A DNA stretch of 64,000 nucleotides from Stylophora pistillata (taxonomy: Eukaryota). The first letter of the stretch is position 1, and each line of letters starts with the position of its first letter. Where the stretch lies: positions 306,035 through 370,034 of the forward strand of contig NW_019217823.1 of NCBI RefSeq assembly GCF_002571385.2, written 5' to 3'. A program made the position numbers and the translations under genes. Below the pieces are notes generated by a model. That model saw only the letters and a program-made list of their open reading frames with translations, was not told where the DNA came from and did not search any database. Below, piece after piece: positions 59,930 to 64,000 of the stretch.

Positions 59930-62510
59930 CATTAACACAATCTTTCAAGATATTTTTATTGACCTCAGGGTCAGAGAATTGTTTATATACATTCTCGGGC
60001 AGAATTTAAACTAAAATTTCCATCCCTGTTTAGAGATGCAACTTTAATGCGTCTCTATTGTTTTTTAGAGACGCAGTGTAATTGATTGAAGCCAATTTAT
60101 TTTTTTTTTGGGGGGGGTAAGTGCAGAGTAAGTGCAACTCGTCAAGTCAATTTTATTGCTGTCTGAGTATGGCTTTGCTCCGCTTTGTTCCGCTGTTTTA
60201 AGATTTCAATCTTTGTTTTCTGTGGTTGACTTTCTAAATGTGTGAAAATTAATGGTTGTACCTGAGTTGTATGAGAAAGTACAACTGATTTTTTAACCGC
60301 TCGTATTCCGACATTGTTGTCGTTTGCAGAGATTTAAGTACAGAAATGTAAGCAAAATGTTATTTTTGATATTTGAGTACTGACCTTATTTCAGCTTAAT
60401 CATTCAAGGTTTCTAAGAAATCAAACTTGGGGGCCGTCAATCTCAAACTTTGTTGTCTGTTTTTTAATTGCTATGTGGTTCTCGGAAAGTGAGACTGACG
60501 ATAGATGAAAATTAAAGGTTTTTACCTAAAATTGTATGAAATAGTACACATGATTTTTGGAATCGCTAGAAAATCTGACATCATTCATAGTTTTTCCAGA
60601 GATTTGAATATTACAAGCTTTGTTTCAGAAATTTAAGTAGTATGTCACGGATCGATTACTGATCTTCTTTATGCTTCATTGTTTTTCCAGAGATTTGAAT
60701 ATTACAAGCTTTGTTTCAGAAATTTAAGTAGTATGTCACGGATCGATTACTGATCTTCTTTATGCTTCATTATCCGAGGTTAAGAGAAACATTTTCCCTT
60801 AGAAATCAAGTTTTAAACGATATTAAACTTTAATGGATAAGGCAACAAGCTTAGGATACGTCACGAACAGAATAACTTAACGAATCCGTTTGTTATCCTT
60901 CTATATGTCCATTTATGCCAATAATCGACTAAATAAAAATGTGGCTTGTAGGATATTATATATCCGCGTTCACCAGTAAAACTGAATTCAACCTTGTTGT
61001 ATGTGTGATCATAAGAATATCCTTTCAAAACATTTTGTAAAGGTTGGGGAAAAGGAAAGCGGCGAGGACTGACTCTTAGTCTTTTGTAATTTTGATCGAC
61101 TTCATCTTCTCTATTTGGTCCTCAGTCTGCAAAGTATCAAGTCAGAAACCTAAGGCTATCGTACCTAAAATATGATTTGATCTCTAGGCGAGATTTGAGT
61201 TGCTTATCATTGATAAGAGGAGAAACGAAAGAGGAAAAGAAAATTAAGGACAAAAAGACAGAGTTTGTTTGTTTGGTAACGCATACCTGCAAAAATTTAA
61301 GTTACATGTCACGGATCTTTGAGTATTGACCTTATTTCCGCTTCATTATTCGAGGTTTCTTAGAAATAAAGCTTGGGGGCCCATTAGTTTCAAACTTTTG
61401 GTATACAAAATGGTTAAGACAGCAAGCTCAAGATACGTCCTAATCAGAATTGCTATGAATTCATTTGTTACTCTTCTATTCATCGAGTGGATCAAAATAT
61501 AAGTCCTGTCTTAGTGGCATACAAGAGTTTATCCATGCACGTTCGCCTATGAAATTGAATTAGACCTGATGTATATGTGAACATAATGATATTTTTTGAA
61601 GACATATCGTACAGATTGAGGAAAAGGAAGCGGCGAGAAGTGACTCTTTGTCCTATGATCGTTTTGTTGACTTCATCTTCCCATTAGGTCCTTCAGTTTG
61701 CGAAGAATCAAGACTGAAGCTTAAGGCTGTCATACTTAATGCATGAATCGCTCTAGGCGAGATTTAAGTTGCTGATCATTGACAAAAGCAAAAACGAAAG
61801 AAGGAAAGGAGGAACTTACGGATTCTCTTTCGAATTCCTTAACATCGTAGGCGTTCAGCACAGATGAAAGATGAAACTTTTCCTTTCGCTTCTGCAGCGG
61901 TGGACAATATTGCGTAGCGAAGCGCCAATAACAGCGTGACCAACTAACCATCTATGGACTGATGAGTCACGATGAATTGCGTCGGCAACTACGACAATAG
62001 GTACCCCCAGGGTTGGAAAGAAGAGAGACCTTGGTGACGAGATTGGAACATTTGGAGCGTCGTCAGTTTACATGTTGAGGTGTATGAGGCCGTTCAGCAC
62101 AGAACAAAAATGAAACTTTTCATTTCGCTTCTGCAATGGCAGATATATTCCATGGCGAAGCGCCAAGAACCGGGCACGTGACCAACAAGCCATGTATGTA
62201 TTGGCTGCTTCGTTACGGATGATTTGTGTCGGTAGCTTCAACAAAGGGTACCCCCCCCGGAAGTTGGAAAGAAGAGAGACTCTGGTGAAAAGATTAGGAC
62301 GTTTACTTATCAAAGTGTATGTAGCAATTCAAACCTAACTTGCCACGTGATAAAGGCAGATGCACAAGAAACTCAGAATATGTTGGCTGGAATTTGGAAA
62401 GAAATCTCTTTGAGTCCAAGTTTATTATACCTGAACTCAATTTTTTTCTGACCGATCCTGAGGTCAGCTACAAACTACGGCAGCCAGTAGTCCAGCCTTG
62501 CGGTAAATAG
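59930..62510. repeat. GT4 upstream region built of nested diverged duplications; paralogous to 43960-44912 and 46230-48180
   Basis: 59930-61250 ~ 46230-47450; 61382-62343 ~ 43960-44913; 62340-62510 ~ 47965-48175. 61300-61900 is itself a degenerate copy of 60350-61250. There is an exact ~91-bp tandem at 60590-60771. Confidence 0.8.
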
Positions 62511-64000
62511 CTTTTGTTCACCGACACAAACTGTTCAAGAGCTGGATTGCTTTCTCTTACTTTCCGAGGGAGACTGGGGGAAAGTAAGCTGATTTCAAGC
62601 GGCGTACAGAAAGTGAATCATTGATTTATGTCATGAAAGTAGATATCATTCTATACAAATATTTGAAGCAAGTATAAAAATTCATAATGGTGTAGCTGTT
62701 AAATCTCTCGCTTCCATATATTCCTTTTCTTTTTTTTCATTTTTTCCCTTTTGTTTTGGATAAGTTACTTTCTGAAGTGGATGTTTGGCTGAAATAGGTA
62801 GGAAGAAAACGGAAGACATGTTTGAAGCTAGAATATCCGCGATGCGTTAGCTTACCGTTGCACATCACGCTAAACAACTTTTGAGCAGTCAAGAGTTCAA
62901 GATGAGCACAAACAAATAACAGCAACATAGTTCTAAAAACCAAACAAGCAAACAAAAACAAAACAGAAATGGAAAACGCTGAGAATAACAGGAAAGAACG
63001 AACCAGCAAAATGCGACTTTTCAGAAATCTGCGGACTCGTGTGAAAGGAGGGACACAACAGCTGAGCAAATTATTAAGTTTTTCGCTGGCTTTTCTCTTT
63101 GATGTAATTTAAGGCAATAAATATTTACAACAATGTGTCATTATATTACATCTTTAGTTGGACAGTAAATTTACTATACCTTTCATTTAATATATAATCA
63201 CCTTTATATCTTTATAGTATATCTTCAACTATTTATATCATGGGTTTAAAAATTCAAGATAAATAATTATTAGACGATGAAAACAAAAATAAATATATAA
63301 ATAATTAGAAAAGGAAGAAGACAGACACCTCGACTCTAAACGAAAATTCGACAGTCTTAACTGAAAACTGAAACAACTTGGTGCGTCCTATGGGAAAGTA
63401 TCATATCAACGTCGTGACATCGATCGAGAGACGTACATTGTAAGCATGTTTCACGCCAGCGACTTGGAGACAAGACGCCATGAAGAGGTCTAGCATAACC
63501 ATGCTTAACTATTTGTACTAATAGTTAAGCATGGGTTAACTATTAGTAAGTTTTTCAAATAGTCTCAGTTCCTCATTTGTTCATAATACTATAACCCTTC
63601 ACCATGAAAGGAAATGTTATTGCACTAGAAATAAAACAAAAAAATACAACAAGCGCAAGAGAATTTACATGATTATTTGCCTTTTGGCGTTGAAATACTT
63701 GACGAATTTGAAAGAAAGAAAAAAATATGTTTTGGCTGAGGATAGATTTTCCTATGATGCTACTCTTTCTCAATCGCGCAGTTGCATAACGCATTAATCT
63801 TAAACTATTCACAAGTAACTTCTCCTCACAGTAGAAAGAAACGATCTAGCTAACAGGTGATGAAAAGCGAAATCCTTGTTAGCTGGAGGGTGTTACCTTG
63901 CTTAGACACCAAACTGTCTTAGAGAATTTACAATAAGCAGCAGCTAGACGGGATAATTACCAATGAGATTGTGAGAGTTTAAGGGTGAAAGTCAGCAGAG

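Noticed and set aside
1-64000. CRISPR array, rRNA or prokaryotic operon
   Set aside because: No repeat-spacer periodicity or rRNA similarity; the sequence is spliceosomal-intron eukaryotic DNA.

Overview
AT-rich, intron-containing animal DNA from a gappy draft assembly. The repeat families and bacterial-like GT4 genes suggest a stony coral or other anthozoan (inference). The ORF track fragments the main signal, so I spliced exons by hand. This gave a head-to-tail array of three paralogous + strand genes (A ~8.0-21.1 kb, B ~22.9-32.9 kb, C ~35.6-53.9 kb) with near-identical exon lengths and phases. The shared cytoplasmic architecture, which I do not recognise from any named family, is: variable N-terminus (RHIM-like motif in C), ~350-aa helical domain, tyrosine-kinase-like pseudokinase 1 (VAVK kept, HRD->HRA, DFG->GMH/GMQ, MLKL-reminiscent), Tyr-bearing micro-exon linker, pseudokinase 2 (HGDLRxE[H/Y], DFG->RLG/RFG), a conserved W-rich box, and a hypervariable acidic tail with many YxxI/L/V and YxN motifs. 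Gene B lacks pseudokinase 2 exactly at an 'n' contig join. Gene C has two stop codons in front of its tail. Convergent on the - strand is a cluster of stand-alone GT4 (GT-B) glycosyltransferase genes: one intact, and two complementary fragments. kappaB-like sites lie upstream of the kinase-like genes. Mobile DNA includes a Penelope-like element with an inverted arm and a minimal hammerhead ribozyme, an R4/Dong-like LINE 3' end, tRNA-derived SINEs and several MITEs. Several duplications are probably assembly or haplotype artefacts, and 43.9-48.3 kb may be a misplaced contig.
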